Shown here piece after piece: positions 1 to 9,646 of a DNA stretch of 64,000 nucleotides (its first letter is position 1; each line of letters opens with the position of its first letter). The notes beneath the pieces are model-generated. The model saw nothing but the letters and a program-made list of their open reading frames with translations. It was not told where the DNA came from and ran no database searches. Source of the DNA: Candidatus Staskawiczbacteria bacterium. Lineage in GTDB: Bacteria > Patescibacteriota > Minisyncoccia > Minisyncoccales > Staskawiczbacteraceae. The stretch spans positions 1,518 to 65,517 of the forward strand of contig CAIKWD010000021.1 of NCBI GenBank assembly GCA_903831095.1, given 5' to 3'. Position numbers and translations under genes: made by a program.

Positions 1-2
1 GT

Positions 3-170
3 TTAAAGGAGTTTGATTTTGGTGGTTATTGTGAAAACGGAGAAGATGAAGAAAAAAATAACATAAGTAATTTTAAGAAAAGTTTTGGAGGCAAAATGAT
101 AAGTCATTTTACGTATGCAAAATATTATTCAAAATTATATAAGATAATATCTTTATTAAGAAAAATATAA
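3..170 (+). CDS. 3' end of a gene cut by the window edge; weak FemAB-like C-terminus
   Basis: Frame 3 is open from the window edge to TAA at 168-170. The tail ...NFKKSFGGKMISHF... recalls the FKKGFGG motif near FemAB-family C-termini (recollection only). Confidence 0.3.
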   Translation, partial: LKEFDFGGYCENGEDEEKNNISNFKKSFGGKMISHFTYAKYYSKLYKIISLLRKI

Positions 171-174
171 AAAT

Positions 175-807
175 ATGGAAAACGAAAATAATATTGCTAA
201 ATTTTGGGATGAGTATAAGGCAGATTTTGCTGGTGATATTCTAGCCCCAGAAATAATAAGTTTGTCTAAGAGTTATATTGGTAAATCTGTTTTAGATGTG
301 GGAGCAGGTTCAGGTGCTTTGATTGCTAAAATACCAAATGCTATTGGTATAGATTTAGCACCAAAAAATTCTGGCATAATAAAAGGAGATATATCTAAGA
401 TACCTTTCGAAAATAACAAATTTGATACTGTTTTCGCAACTGAAGTTATTGAACACTTGCCAGAAGAAGTTTTATCTAGTGGTTTGTCCGAGATTAGAAG
501 GGTTCTAAAATCAGATGGGGTATTTATTATGACTCTTCCTTATAAGGAAGATATTAATTTAGATGTTGTTGTTTGTCCAAAATGTGGAGAAAAATTTCAT
601 CACTGGGGGCATCTTCAGTCTTTTGATGAAGAAAAAATTACAAAAATTTTAGAAGATAAAGGATTTAAAATTATAAAAATTCAACCATTGCCACTTGGAG
701 CTATGGCAAGACACCAATTTTTGAAAAACTTTAGGTGGTTTTTTCAAAAGATTGGACGTTTTCAGCCAACTAATTTTTTTATAGTTTCTCAAAAATGGGA
801 AAAGTAA
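175..807 (+). CDS. Class I SAM-dependent methyltransferase
   Basis: SAM motif I VLDVGAGSGAL and post-I/II motifs (DTVFATEVIEHL); 210 aa. Confidence 0.75.
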   Translation: MENENNIAKFWDEYKADFAGDILAPEIISLSKSYIGKSVLDVGAGSGALIAKIPNAIGIDLAPKNSGIIKGDISKIPFENNKFDTVFATEVIEHLPEEVLSSGLSEIRRVLKSDGVFIMTLPYKEDINLDVVVCPKCGEKFHHWGHLQSFDEEKITKILEDKGFKIIKIQPLPLGAMARHQFLKNFRWFFQKIGRFQPTNFFIVSQKWEK

Positions 808-1934
808 AAGTGACATTTTTTTTGCAAAATCTTGAAACTGGCGGAGCTGAAAGAAGCACTGTTCGTCTTGCTAATGCTTTAAACATGAATATTTTTGATG
901 TTTCTTTTTTACTATGTAAAAGAAAAGGCCCTCTTTTGCAAAATTTGTCGAAAGATATAAAGATTGTAGATCTTAAAAAAAATCATGTTAGTTTGTCATT
1001 ATTCAAGGTTATAAGATATTTTAAAAGTGAGAAACCAGATATAGTAGTTTCTGTTTTAGACCATGTTAATATAATAAGCATATTAGCCGGTTTGTTTTGT
1101 AAACGAAAACCTAAAATTATTATTACCGAGAGGAGCACTTTTTCACGTGTTTCTACATATTCTGCGACTAAATTCAGAAATAAACTCATTAGCCGCTTTC
1201 TTTTGCCCTACTTGGCAAAAGTTTTCTATAAAAAAGCAGATTTAATAGTTTGTGTTTCAAAAGGCGTGGCAGATGATATTGTCCAGATTATTGGTAATTT
1301 GTCTACTATTAAAGTTATTTATAATCCTGTTATTGGTAATAATTTTTCCGAATTTGCAGAAGAAAAGATAGAGAATTTTAATGTTAAAATCAAATCGCTA
1401 CCTATTATTATTGCGGTTGGTCGTCTTACGAAAGCTAAGGATTACCCCACATTATTGAAAGCATTTTCTTTAGTTTTGAAAGAGACACCAGCTAATCTTT
1501 TAATAGTGGGTGAAGGAGAAGAAAGACAGAGGATTGAAAAGCTTATAGAAGAATTAGATATTATGGAAAACGTTGTTCTTCTAGGTTTTCAAAAAAATCC
1601 TATAAAATATATGGTCAAATCTGATGTATTTGTGCTTTCCTCTATGTTGGAAGGTTTCCCTAATGTTCTAGTTGAGGCCATGGCATGTGGGATCCCAGTT
1701 ATTTCTACTGATTGTCAGTCTGGTCCAAATGAAATAATTGAAAATGGAAAAAATGGGTTATTAGTGTTAGTTTCTGATGAAAAAAAAATAGCTGAGTCTA
1801 TTATTGAACTTTTAAAGAATCCAGAGCTTAGAAGCAAATTTTCAGAAGAAGGAAAAAAGAGAGCTCAATATTTTTCAATTGATAAAAGTGTTAAAGAGTT
1901 TGAGAATATTTTTAAAAATATGCTAGAAAAATAA
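795..1934 (+). CDS. Glycosyltransferase, GT4-like (GT-B fold)
   Basis: C-terminal [21 protein letters not shown]...GKNGLLV motif typical of GT4; overlaps the upstream gene by 13 nt. Confidence 0.8.
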   Translation: MGKVKVTFFLQNLETGGAERSTVRLANALNMNIFDVSFLLCKRKGPLLQNLSKDIKIVDLKKNHVSLSLFKVIRYFKSEKPDIVVSVLDHVNIISILAGLFCKRKPKIIITERSTFSRVSTYSATKFRNKLISRFLLPYLAKVFYKKADLIVCVSKGVADDIVQIIGNLSTIKVIYNPVIGNNFSEFAEEKIENFNVKIKSLPIIIAVGRLTKAKDYPTLLKAFSLVLKETPANLLIVGEGEERQRIEKLIEELDIMENVVLLGFQKNPIKYMVKSDVFVLSSMLEGFPNVLVEAMACGIPVISTDCQSGPNEIIENGKNGLLVLVSDEKKIAESIIELLKNPELRSKFSEEGKKRAQYFSIDKSVKEFENIFKNMLEK

Positions 1935-1935
1935 T

Positions 1936-2769
1936 ATGGAAAAATTTTCGTTTGGTAAAAATTGGCAAAGATATATCAAAATTTATTTTAATGAAGAAAT
2001 TATTAATGAAGCTAAAAAGTCGTTGTTGTCTTATCATCCAGAAGATTATTATAAAGATAAGGTTTTTATTGATATAGGCTGTGGTTCTGGAATTTTTTCA
2101 CTGGCAGCTTTGATGTTGGGTTGTAAAGAGGTTTATAGTCTTGATGTTGATGAAAATAGCGTCGAAGCTACAAAGTTTTTAAAAAATAAATTTATTGATC
2201 TTATTAAAGAGAATAATAAAAAATGGGAAGTTTTTAAAGCTAGTATATTAGATACTTCATTAGTTACTAAATTTTTAGAAAAAGGAGATATTGTTTATAG
2301 TTGGGGGGTTCTTCATCATACAGGTGATATGTGGACAGCAATAAAAAATGCATCAAAAATAGTTAAACTTGAAGGATTATTTGTTATTGCTATCTATAAT
2401 AGGGCGCCTTCTTCTAATTTTTGGCTAAGTGCTAAAAAATATTATAATAATAGCAATATAGTCATAAGATTTGTGATGGTTTCTATTTTTTTTATGGGAA
2501 TAGTTTTAAGAAGACTTATTTCAATGAAAAACCCCTTTAAAACAGAGCGTGGTATGCGAGTTTTTACAGATGCTATTGATTGGCTTGGGGGTTATCCTTA
2601 TGAGTTTGCTTCTTTTGAAGAAATAAATAATTTTGTTAAAGGAATTGGCTTCGATTTAATAAAAAATCCTAGAGAGATTATACCTTCTCCAAAGGCTCGT
2701 AATTTTATAGATAAGATAAGGGGTCGTTATATGGGTTGTAACGAGTTTGTTTTTAAAAGAATAAAATAA
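1936..2769 (+). CDS. SAM-dependent methyltransferase
   Basis: Motif [13 protein letters not shown]; starts 1 nt after the upstream stop. Confidence 0.7.
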   Translation: MEKFSFGKNWQRYIKIYFNEEIINEAKKSLLSYHPEDYYKDKVFIDIGCGSGIFSLAALMLGCKEVYSLDVDENSVEATKFLKNKFIDLIKENNKKWEVFKASILDTSLVTKFLEKGDIVYSWGVLHHTGDMWTAIKNASKIVKLEGLFVIAIYNRAPSSNFWLSAKKYYNNSNIVIRFVMVSIFFMGIVLRRLISMKNPFKTERGMRVFTDAIDWLGGYPYEFASFEEINNFVKGIGFDLIKNPREIIPSPKARNFIDKIRGRYMGCNEFVFKRIK

Positions 2770-2774
2770 TATTT

Positions 2775-4709
2775 ATGTGTGGAATAACCGGGGTTTGGGA
2801 ATTTAAAAATAAAAATAAGGTAAGCCAGTCATTAATAAAAAATATGACTGATACCTTACACCACAGAGGTCCAGATGACTCGGGTATTTTTATTGATGGA
2901 AAAAATAATATTGGATTTGGGCATAGAAGGTTGTCTATCCTAGACTTAACTGCAAAAGGCCATCAGCCGATGTTTAATGATGATGAATCGCTTTGCATAA
3001 CATATAATGGTGAGGTTTATAATTTTGCCGAGATTAAAAAAGAATTGGTAGATGAAGGTTGTCAATTTAAAAGCGATTCTGATACAGAAGTTATTTTAAA
3101 AGCGTATCAAAAGTGGGGAATTGAATCAATCAAAAAATTTCGTGGAATGTTTGCTTTTGCTATTTGGGACAAAAATAAGGAGAAACTGACCTTGGCAAGA
3201 GATCGAGCAGGAGTAAAGCCATTATATTATTATTTTAATGGAGATAGATTTATATTTACTTCTGAGTTAAAGGCCCTGCATAAATATCCCGGATTTCAAA
3301 AGGATATTAATTTTGATGCATTGGCAGTATTTTTACAATTTGGTTATATTTTAGCTCCTCATACTATTTTTAAAGATACGTATAAACTAAAACCAGGGCA
3401 TTATCTTGAAATTGATAATAAAGGTAAGTTAGAAGAAATTAAATATTGGGATATAATTGATTATTATTTAGCAGAACCAAACAATAAATCTGAAGAAGAG
3501 GTAGAAAAAGATTTGGAAAAAATTTTAATAGAATCTTTTAATTACAGAATGGTGTCTGACGTCCCAGTTGGGGTTTTTTTATCAGGGGGAATTGACTCAA
3601 GTTTGGTTGCAGCTATTTTACAATCTAAGGCAAAAACACCAATCAAAACATTTACTATTGGTTTCCATGAAAAAGGTTATGATGAAGCCCCTCATGCAAA
3701 AAAAATTGCTGAATATCTCAAAACAGATCATCACGAATTTTATTGCACTTCAAAAGATGCTTTAGAAATTATTACTAAATTGCCAGAAATTTATGACGAG
3801 CCTTTTGGAGATAGCTCGGGGATTCCTACTTATTTGGTCTCTAAGTTTGCCAGAGAAGAAATAAAAGTGGCCCTTTCCGCTGATGCTGGAGATGAGCTTT
3901 TTTGTGGCTATTCTAGATATAAATTGCTTAGTAATTATTATAAAACAATAAAAAAAACTCCTAGATTTTTATTGTTTATTTTTTCTTTAGTTTTATCTTT
4001 ATTTTCTCCAGCTTTTATTGCTGATTTTTATAAAATTTTCTCATTATTTTTGCCAAAATATGCTAATGTTAAGGATAAAATTTATAAGTTTAAAAATGTA
4101 TTGAAATATAACGATAGTGAGCTGTCTGTTATAGTAAGAAATAGTCATAGTCATTGGCTTGAAAGTCAGATAAAACAATTATTAAAAAAGCCATATAAAT
4201 CTTTAAAAACTGATTTTTCTGAGTTTGAAAAGGTTAAGAGTTTAGATGTGATATCTCAGATGCAGGCCGTAGAGTTTAAAACATATCTTTGTGATGATAT
4301 TTTAACCAAGGTGGACAGATCAACTATGTCTGTAGGTTTAGAAGCTAGAGAACCCTTGATTGACCATAAGATTGCAGAATATATAGCTAACGTTCCTATT
4401 AATTTAAAATATAAAAATGGTGAGAGTAAATATATTTTAAGAAAAATATTATATAAGTATGTACCTAGAAAATTATTAGACAGGCCCAAACAAGGCTTTG
4501 GAATTCCAATAGATAGTTGGTTGAAAAATGATTTAAGAGGTCTTTTAGAGAAGTATCTCTCGGAAAAGAATATAAGAGAGCAGGGTATTTTTGATGAAAA
4601 ATATATAAAGAAAAACTTAGATGATTATTTATTAGGAAAATCAGATTCAGCTTATAAATTTTGGTTTCTTTTGATGTTCCAAATGTGGTACGAAAAATGG
4701 ATGAAGTAA
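2775..4709 (+). CDS. asnB: Asparagine synthase (glutamine-hydrolysing)-type amidotransferase
   Basis: N-terminal MCGITG with nucleophile Cys2; PP-loop VFLSGGIDSS; 644 aa. The glycan-locus context suggests a sugar amidotransferase role (inference). Confidence 0.85.
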   Translation: MCGITGVWEFKNKNKVSQSLIKNMTDTLHHRGPDDSGIFIDGKNNIGFGHRRLSILDLTAKGHQPMFNDDESLCITYNGEVYNFAEIKKELVDEGCQFKSDSDTEVILKAYQKWGIESIKKFRGMFAFAIWDKNKEKLTLARDRAGVKPLYYYFNGDRFIFTSELKALHKYPGFQKDINFDALAVFLQFGYILAPHTIFKDTYKLKPGHYLEIDNKGKLEEIKYWDIIDYYLAEPNNKSEEEVEKDLEKILIESFNYRMVSDVPVGVFLSGGIDSSLVAAILQSKAKTPIKTFTIGFHEKGYDEAPHAKKIAEYLKTDHHEFYCTSKDALEIITKLPEIYDEPFGDSSGIPTYLVSKFAREEIKVALSADAGDELFCGYSRYKLLSNYYKTIKKTPRFLLFIFSLVLSLFSPAFIADFYKIFSLFLPKYANVKDKIYKFKNVLKYNDSELSVIVRNSHSHWLESQIKQLLKKPYKSLKTDFSEFEKVKSLDVISQMQAVEFKTYLCDDILTKVDRSTMSVGLEAREPLIDHKIAEYIANVPINLKYKNGESKYILRKILYKYVPRKLLDRPKQGFGIPIDSWLKNDLRGLLEKYLSEKNIREQGIFDEKYIKKNLDDYLLGKSDSAYKFWFLLMFQMWYEKWMK

Positions 4710-4721
4710 AATTTTAATAAT

Positions 4722-6161
4722 ATGGGATTTTTAAAAAACAATAAACCTTTAATATCAGTAATTTTTATCATTATTTTGTTTGTAATTTTTTGTTTCGATA
4801 AAGGCTTATTTTTTGGCATTGATTTGCTTGTTATTTTTTCTGGAATTACTTTTTTTATTCTAAATAAGCTAGGTCATAAAAATAGAAACATATATTTATT
4901 ATTTTTAATTGTATTAGTTTTACGTTTGTGCACTACATTGTTTATGCACTATGCTGATTTCCAGCCATTCTCTGGTCACAACGGGGACTATTCCACATAT
5001 CAGAAGTCAGCAGTTGAAATATCACAAAGCTTCAGACAAGGAATTTTTTCGATTAATGATATAACCTTAAAATACCCAGATTTATATACAGCGCATTACT
5101 ATCCTGTAATTATTGGGTCGTTATACGCATTGACTATGCCTGAGGAGATTATAGGATTGCTATTTAATGTTTGGCTGGTTGCGCTTGCAGTTATTTTTGC
5201 TTATCTTATTATTTTAGAACTGGGTGGGACTTCAAAAAACGCTTTTATAGTTGGACTTATAATTTCCCTTTACCCAAGTTATATATTTAACACGGGTCTT
5301 TTACTTAAAGATGCTATAGAAATATGTTTTACAATTTTGGGATTATTATTTCTAATAAAAACAATAAAAAAACTTACTTGGCTTAATTTTTTGGTGTTGT
5401 ATTCGGCTATATTATGTGTGACGCATTTTCGTTTTTATATAGGATATGCACTAATAATTTCATTTTTAATATCTTGGTTTTTAATTTCTAAAATAAGTTT
5501 TAAGAAAAGGATTATATGGGGGATTATATTTGTTGTTCTTTTTGGATTTATTCCTGAAGTAGCATATAACCAAGGGTATTATGGTATTAATTCAGTAAAA
5601 ACATATTTAAATAAAAAGACAATAACTTTTTATAGACATACTGCTTATAATCCGGTAGCCAATATTCCTACCATAGTTAACCCTGTTTTAAATAGTACTG
5701 TTTCTAATGAGAAAAAACCCATATCTGTTGTTGGCTTGGATTCTTCATTTGTAGTAGAACACGGGCCAATTGGCTATGTAAAATCTTTCTTATATACAGT
5801 ATTTGGACCATTGCCTTGGCAGATTAAAAACTTAAGGCAGCTTTTTGCTCTTTTTGAGACCTTACCATGGTATATATTGCTATTGTTTATTTTTGACGGT
5901 ATTGTTATTTCATATAAAAAAAAGATAAAGGAAGTTGCTGTATTATTAATTTTTAGTTTTATTGTTTTAATTGTTGTAGCTATATTTGATAATAATTACG
6001 GATTAATTTTAAGAATTAGAATTCCGGCTTTTATTTCCCTTTTATGTATTGGTTCTTTTGGGTTTAATAATCAAAATATTTTATATAATTATTTAGAAAA
6101 AATTTATGAAAAAATATTTAGTAACCGGAGGAGCAGGATTTATAGGTTCAAACATAGTTAG
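4722..6161 (+). CDS. Polytopic membrane protein, possible glycan polymerase or GT-C-like enzyme
   Basis: At least 10 hydrophobic segments; sits inside the glycan locus; no diagnostic motif recognised. The 3' end overlaps the next gene by 56 nt. Confidence 0.4.
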   Translation: MGFLKNNKPLISVIFIIILFVIFCFDKGLFFGIDLLVIFSGITFFILNKLGHKNRNIYLLFLIVLVLRLCTTLFMHYADFQPFSGHNGDYSTYQKSAVEISQSFRQGIFSINDITLKYPDLYTAHYYPVIIGSLYALTMPEEIIGLLFNVWLVALAVIFAYLIILELGGTSKNAFIVGLIISLYPSYIFNTGLLLKDAIEICFTILGLLFLIKTIKKLTWLNFLVLYSAILCVTHFRFYIGYALIISFLISWFLISKISFKKRIIWGIIFVVLFGFIPEVAYNQGYYGINSVKTYLNKKTITFYRHTAYNPVANIPTIVNPVLNSTVSNEKKPISVVGLDSSFVVEHGPIGYVKSFLYTVFGPLPWQIKNLRQLFALFETLPWYILLLFIFDGIVISYKKKIKEVAVLLIFSFIVLIVVAIFDNNYGLILRIRIPAFISLLCIGSFGFNNQNILYNYLEKIYEKIFSNRRSRIYRFKHS

Positions 6162-7050
6162 TAAAATTTTAGAGCAGGGAAACTTTGTCAGAGTTTTGGA
6201 TAATTTTTTTACTGGAAAGCAAGAAAATATAAAAGAATTTTTGGACAATAAAAATTTTGAATTAATTGAAGGAGATATTACTGATTTGGGAGTTGCAAAA
6301 AAAGCTGTAAAGGGTATTGATTTTGTTTTGCACCAGGCAGCTGTGCCCTCTGTTCCAAGATCTATAGAAGATCCTATACGGTCAAACGAGGCTAATGTTA
6401 CGGGTACTTTAAATATGCTGGTGGCTGCCAGAGATGAAAAAGTGAAAAGATTTGTTTATGCTTCTTCTTCGTCAGTTTATGGAGACAACCCTGAGTTGCC
6501 AAAAAGGGAAGATTTTCCAATAAGGCCAATTTCTCCGTATGCACTTACAAAATATGCAGGTGAAAGATATTGTCAGATTTTTTGCCAAATATATGGCTTG
6601 CCGACAATTTGCCTGAGATATTTCAATGTATTTGGTCCTAAACAAAATCCATTTTCTCAATATGCAGCTGTGATACCAAATTTTATTTTGTCTGCTTTGA
6701 AAAATGAAAAGCCTATAGTATATGGAGACGGAGAACAGTCAAGGGATTTTACTTTTGTGGAAAATGTTGTTAGTGCTAATTTGTTGGCAGCAGAAGCTGA
6801 AAGCGGTTTTGGAGAGGTTTTTAATGTTGCCTGCAATAAAGAAACAAGCTTGAATCAATTACTTTCCATGATAAGTGAAATGAACGGGACAGAGATTGTT
6901 GCAGAATACAAAACAGGACGCGTTGGAGATGTTCCGCATTCTAAGGCTGATATTTCAAAAGCTAAAGAAATTTTAAAGTATGATCCAAAAGTGGAGTTTA
7001 AAGATGGTCTGTTGAAAACCTTTGACTGGTACAAAAATAATGCAAAATAG
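6106..7050 (+). CDS. NAD-dependent sugar-nucleotide epimerase/dehydratase (extended SDR)
   Basis: Rossmann motif TGGAGFIGSN; catalytic YxxxK (YALTKYAGE); 314 aa. Confidence 0.85.
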   Translation: MKKYLVTGGAGFIGSNIVSKILEQGNFVRVLDNFFTGKQENIKEFLDNKNFELIEGDITDLGVAKKAVKGIDFVLHQAAVPSVPRSIEDPIRSNEANVTGTLNMLVAARDEKVKRFVYASSSSVYGDNPELPKREDFPIRPISPYALTKYAGERYCQIFCQIYGLPTICLRYFNVFGPKQNPFSQYAAVIPNFILSALKNEKPIVYGDGEQSRDFTFVENVVSANLLAAEAESGFGEVFNVACNKETSLNQLLSMISEMNGTEIVAEYKTGRVGDVPHSKADISKAKEILKYDPKVEFKDGLLKTFDWYKNNAK

Positions 7051-8227
7051 TACCCCTTTGGGCACAAGTAAAATTAAAATTTGCCATGTTGCCAATACAG
7101 ATAAGGCTGTTAAGTTTTTGTTATTGCCTCAGCTTAGGTTTTTAATTGAAAATGGATATGATGTTTCTGTTATCTGTTCTTCGGGAAAATTTGTTTCAGA
7201 AATAGAAAAAGAGGGGATAAAAGTAAAAGTGATAAAAATGAAAAGGAAGATAAGTCCATTTTCTGATTTAGTAGCTTTAGTAAAGATTTTTTTGTATTTT
7301 AAAAAGGAAAAATTTGGAATTGTTCATGTTCACAACCCAAAACCTAGTCTTTTAGGACAACTTGCAGCAAAATTAGCTAGGGTACCAATTATAATAAATA
7401 CAGTTCACGGTCTGTATTTTCAACAGGATTCTTCAAAATTTAAAAGAAGTTTTTATATTTTTATAGAGAAAATAGCTGCTCTTTGTTCTAGTCTGATTTT
7501 TTCTCAAAATAAAGAAGACATAGAAACATTGATAAAGGAAAAAGTCTCAGATCCTAAAAAAATAAAGTATTTGGGCAACGGAGTAGATATTGGCAAATTT
7601 GATTGTAAAAGATTTTCCGAGGAATTTATATCTAAAAAACGTAAAGAACTAAATATTCCCGAAGGGTTTAAGGTTGTAGGAATTGTAGCTAGACTCGTTG
7701 AGGAGAAAGGATATTTAACCTTGTTTGAGGCTTTTGCATCTGTAGTAAAGGAATTCCCTAAAACAGTTATTTTGGCAATTGGTCCAAAAGAACCAGAAAA
7801 ATCAGATGCGCTTGACCTGCAAATAGTTGAAAACTATGAAGTTAAAAATAATGTCATTTTTTTGGGTGAAAGAAATAATCTTGAAGAATTATATCCGTTA
7901 ATGGATATATTTGTTCTGCCATCATATAGGGAAGGGATGCCAAGGTCTATATTGGAGGCCATGGCTGAAGAAAGGCCAATTATTACAAGTAATATAAGAG
8001 GGTGTAAAGAAGAGATAGAAGATGGTATAAGCGGGATTTTATTTCCAGTTGGGGATTCAGAAAAATTGGCAGGATCTATAATTGATTTGCTTGAAAATCC
8101 AGCCAAAGCAGAAGAAATGGGGAAAAATGCCAGAATTAGGGCAGAGAAATATTTTAATGAAAACTTTATTTTTGGTAGAATAAAAGAAGGATATGACCTA
8201 CTATTAAAAGAAAAACATGGAAACTAA
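7040..8227 (+). CDS. Glycosyltransferase, GT4-like
   Basis: REGMPRSILEAMAEERPIITSNIRG...ISGILF motif. ATG at 7040 is preferred over the TTG at 7022 given in the ORF track. Confidence 0.8.
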   Translation: MQNSTPLGTSKIKICHVANTDKAVKFLLLPQLRFLIENGYDVSVICSSGKFVSEIEKEGIKVKVIKMKRKISPFSDLVALVKIFLYFKKEKFGIVHVHNPKPSLLGQLAAKLARVPIIINTVHGLYFQQDSSKFKRSFYIFIEKIAALCSSLIFSQNKEDIETLIKEKVSDPKKIKYLGNGVDIGKFDCKRFSEEFISKKRKELNIPEGFKVVGIVARLVEEKGYLTLFEAFASVVKEFPKTVILAIGPKEPEKSDALDLQIVENYEVKNNVIFLGERNNLEELYPLMDIFVLPSYREGMPRSILEAMAEERPIITSNIRGCKEEIEDGISGILFPVGDSEKLAGSIIDLLENPAKAEEMGKNARIRAEKYFNENFIFGRIKEGYDLLLKEKHGN

Positions 8228-9578
8228 TCAAAATAAATTTTTAAAATCTGTTTTGTTGCTGGGAGATGTTTGCTTAATGTATGTGGCACTGTTTCTGGCA
8301 CTATTGTTAAGGAATAATGGTTTGGCCGGGCAAATTAATGGGTTTTTTTATAATTTCATAATTTTATATGTTATATGGATTATTTTGATTTTTGTCTTTA
8401 ACTTGTACAATTTACATTTTTTCAAAAAGCCGATAGATTTTTTCTTCAGTCTGATATTTTTTTCCATTTTGGCCTTTTTTATTGGAGTAACATATTTTTA
8501 TTTTTATCCCAATATTGGAATCTCTCCTAAAACAGTGTTATTTTTAGATGTTGTTATTTTCGCTATTTTGTTTCTTGTTTGGAGATATTTATTTAACTTT
8601 TTTCTTGAGGCAACAGCAGTTAAAGAAAAAGTGGTTATTGTAGGATTTTACAAAAGGTTAAATGAAATTTTACCGCAGATTAAGAGAATTTATAGCATAG
8701 AGACAATTTTTTGCCCAACAGCTATGAAAGAGCAGAATAAATGCTTGGTTGTTGATTCTAATGCGAGCATAATTTCTGAAGTGTCTGATTTGAAAAATAT
8801 TGTTACAAGTAAAAAAATTACTTCCATTATTTTGTCACTAGACTTTTATTCTAATGAAGATTTGGTAAAGAAAATTTTTAATGCCTTACCTTTAACATTG
8901 AATTATATAGGAATTGACGAGTTGTATGAGGTAATAACCAAAAAAGTTTCTTTGAACCACTTAGATGAAGTTTGGTTTTTGGAAAAAGTTTCAAAGCCGG
9001 AAGATGTTTTTGAAAAAATTGTAAAAAGAGTTTTTGATTTTGTTTTTTCTATTGTTGGATTGTTATTGTTTATAGTTTTTTTCCCATTTGTGGCTATTGC
9101 CATAAAAATAGAAGATAGAGGTTCAATTTTTTACAATCAGAAAAGAGCTGGGAAAAATGGAAAGGTAATTTTAATAAGCAAATTTAGGACAATGGTTGAA
9201 GATAAAAACCAAAATAAGGAAACTTGGCGTGAAGCTAATAAGAATAACATTACCAAAGTTGGAAGAGTTTTACGTAAACTTCATATAGATGAATTACCCC
9301 AGGCTTGGAGCTTGTTTACCGGAGATTTGAGCTTTGTTGGGCCGAGAGCAGAGTGGGTAGAGCTTGTTAAGATTTTTGAAGATAAAATACCTTTTTACAA
9401 GCAAAGATTTTTGGTAAAGCCGGGACTTTTCGGGTGGGCACAAATAAATTTTCCAGCTTCTAAGTCAGTTGACGAAGCGAAAGAAAAATTTGAATATGAT
9501 TTATATTACATAAAAAATCATTCTTTGCTTTTGGATTTGGAAATTATTTTAAAATCAATCAAACTTTTTTTTCTTTAG
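8217..9578 (+). CDS. Polyprenyl-phosphate glycosyl-1-phosphate transferase (bacterial sugar transferase family, priming enzyme)
   Basis: N-terminal TM block plus C-terminal KFRTM...DELPQ...GDLSFVGPRA...KPGLFGWAQI...YDLYYIKNHSLLLD. Confidence 0.8.
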   Translation: METNQNKFLKSVLLLGDVCLMYVALFLALLLRNNGLAGQINGFFYNFIILYVIWIILIFVFNLYNLHFFKKPIDFFFSLIFFSILAFFIGVTYFYFYPNIGISPKTVLFLDVVIFAILFLVWRYLFNFFLEATAVKEKVVIVGFYKRLNEILPQIKRIYSIETIFCPTAMKEQNKCLVVDSNASIISEVSDLKNIVTSKKITSIILSLDFYSNEDLVKKIFNALPLTLNYIGIDELYEVITKKVSLNHLDEVWFLEKVSKPEDVFEKIVKRVFDFVFSIVGLLLFIVFFPFVAIAIKIEDRGSIFYNQKRAGKNGKVILISKFRTMVEDKNQNKETWREANKNNITKVGRVLRKLHIDELPQAWSLFTGDLSFVGPRAEWVELVKIFEDKIPFYKQRFLVKPGLFGWAQINFPASKSVDEAKEKFEYDLYYIKNHSLLLDLEIILKSIKLFFL

Positions 9579-9646
9579 CTTAGGCGCTATCAGGGCTGGT
9601 TCGTAAATGAATGTTGTGATAGTATGAAAAATACAAACAGAATATC

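Noticed and set aside
9579-9610. Possible third copy of the GC-rich element (cttaggcgctatcagggctggttcg)
   Set aside because: Only a ~12-nt core (tcagggc[at]ggt) is shared. The flanks do not align, so similarity at this level could be chance.
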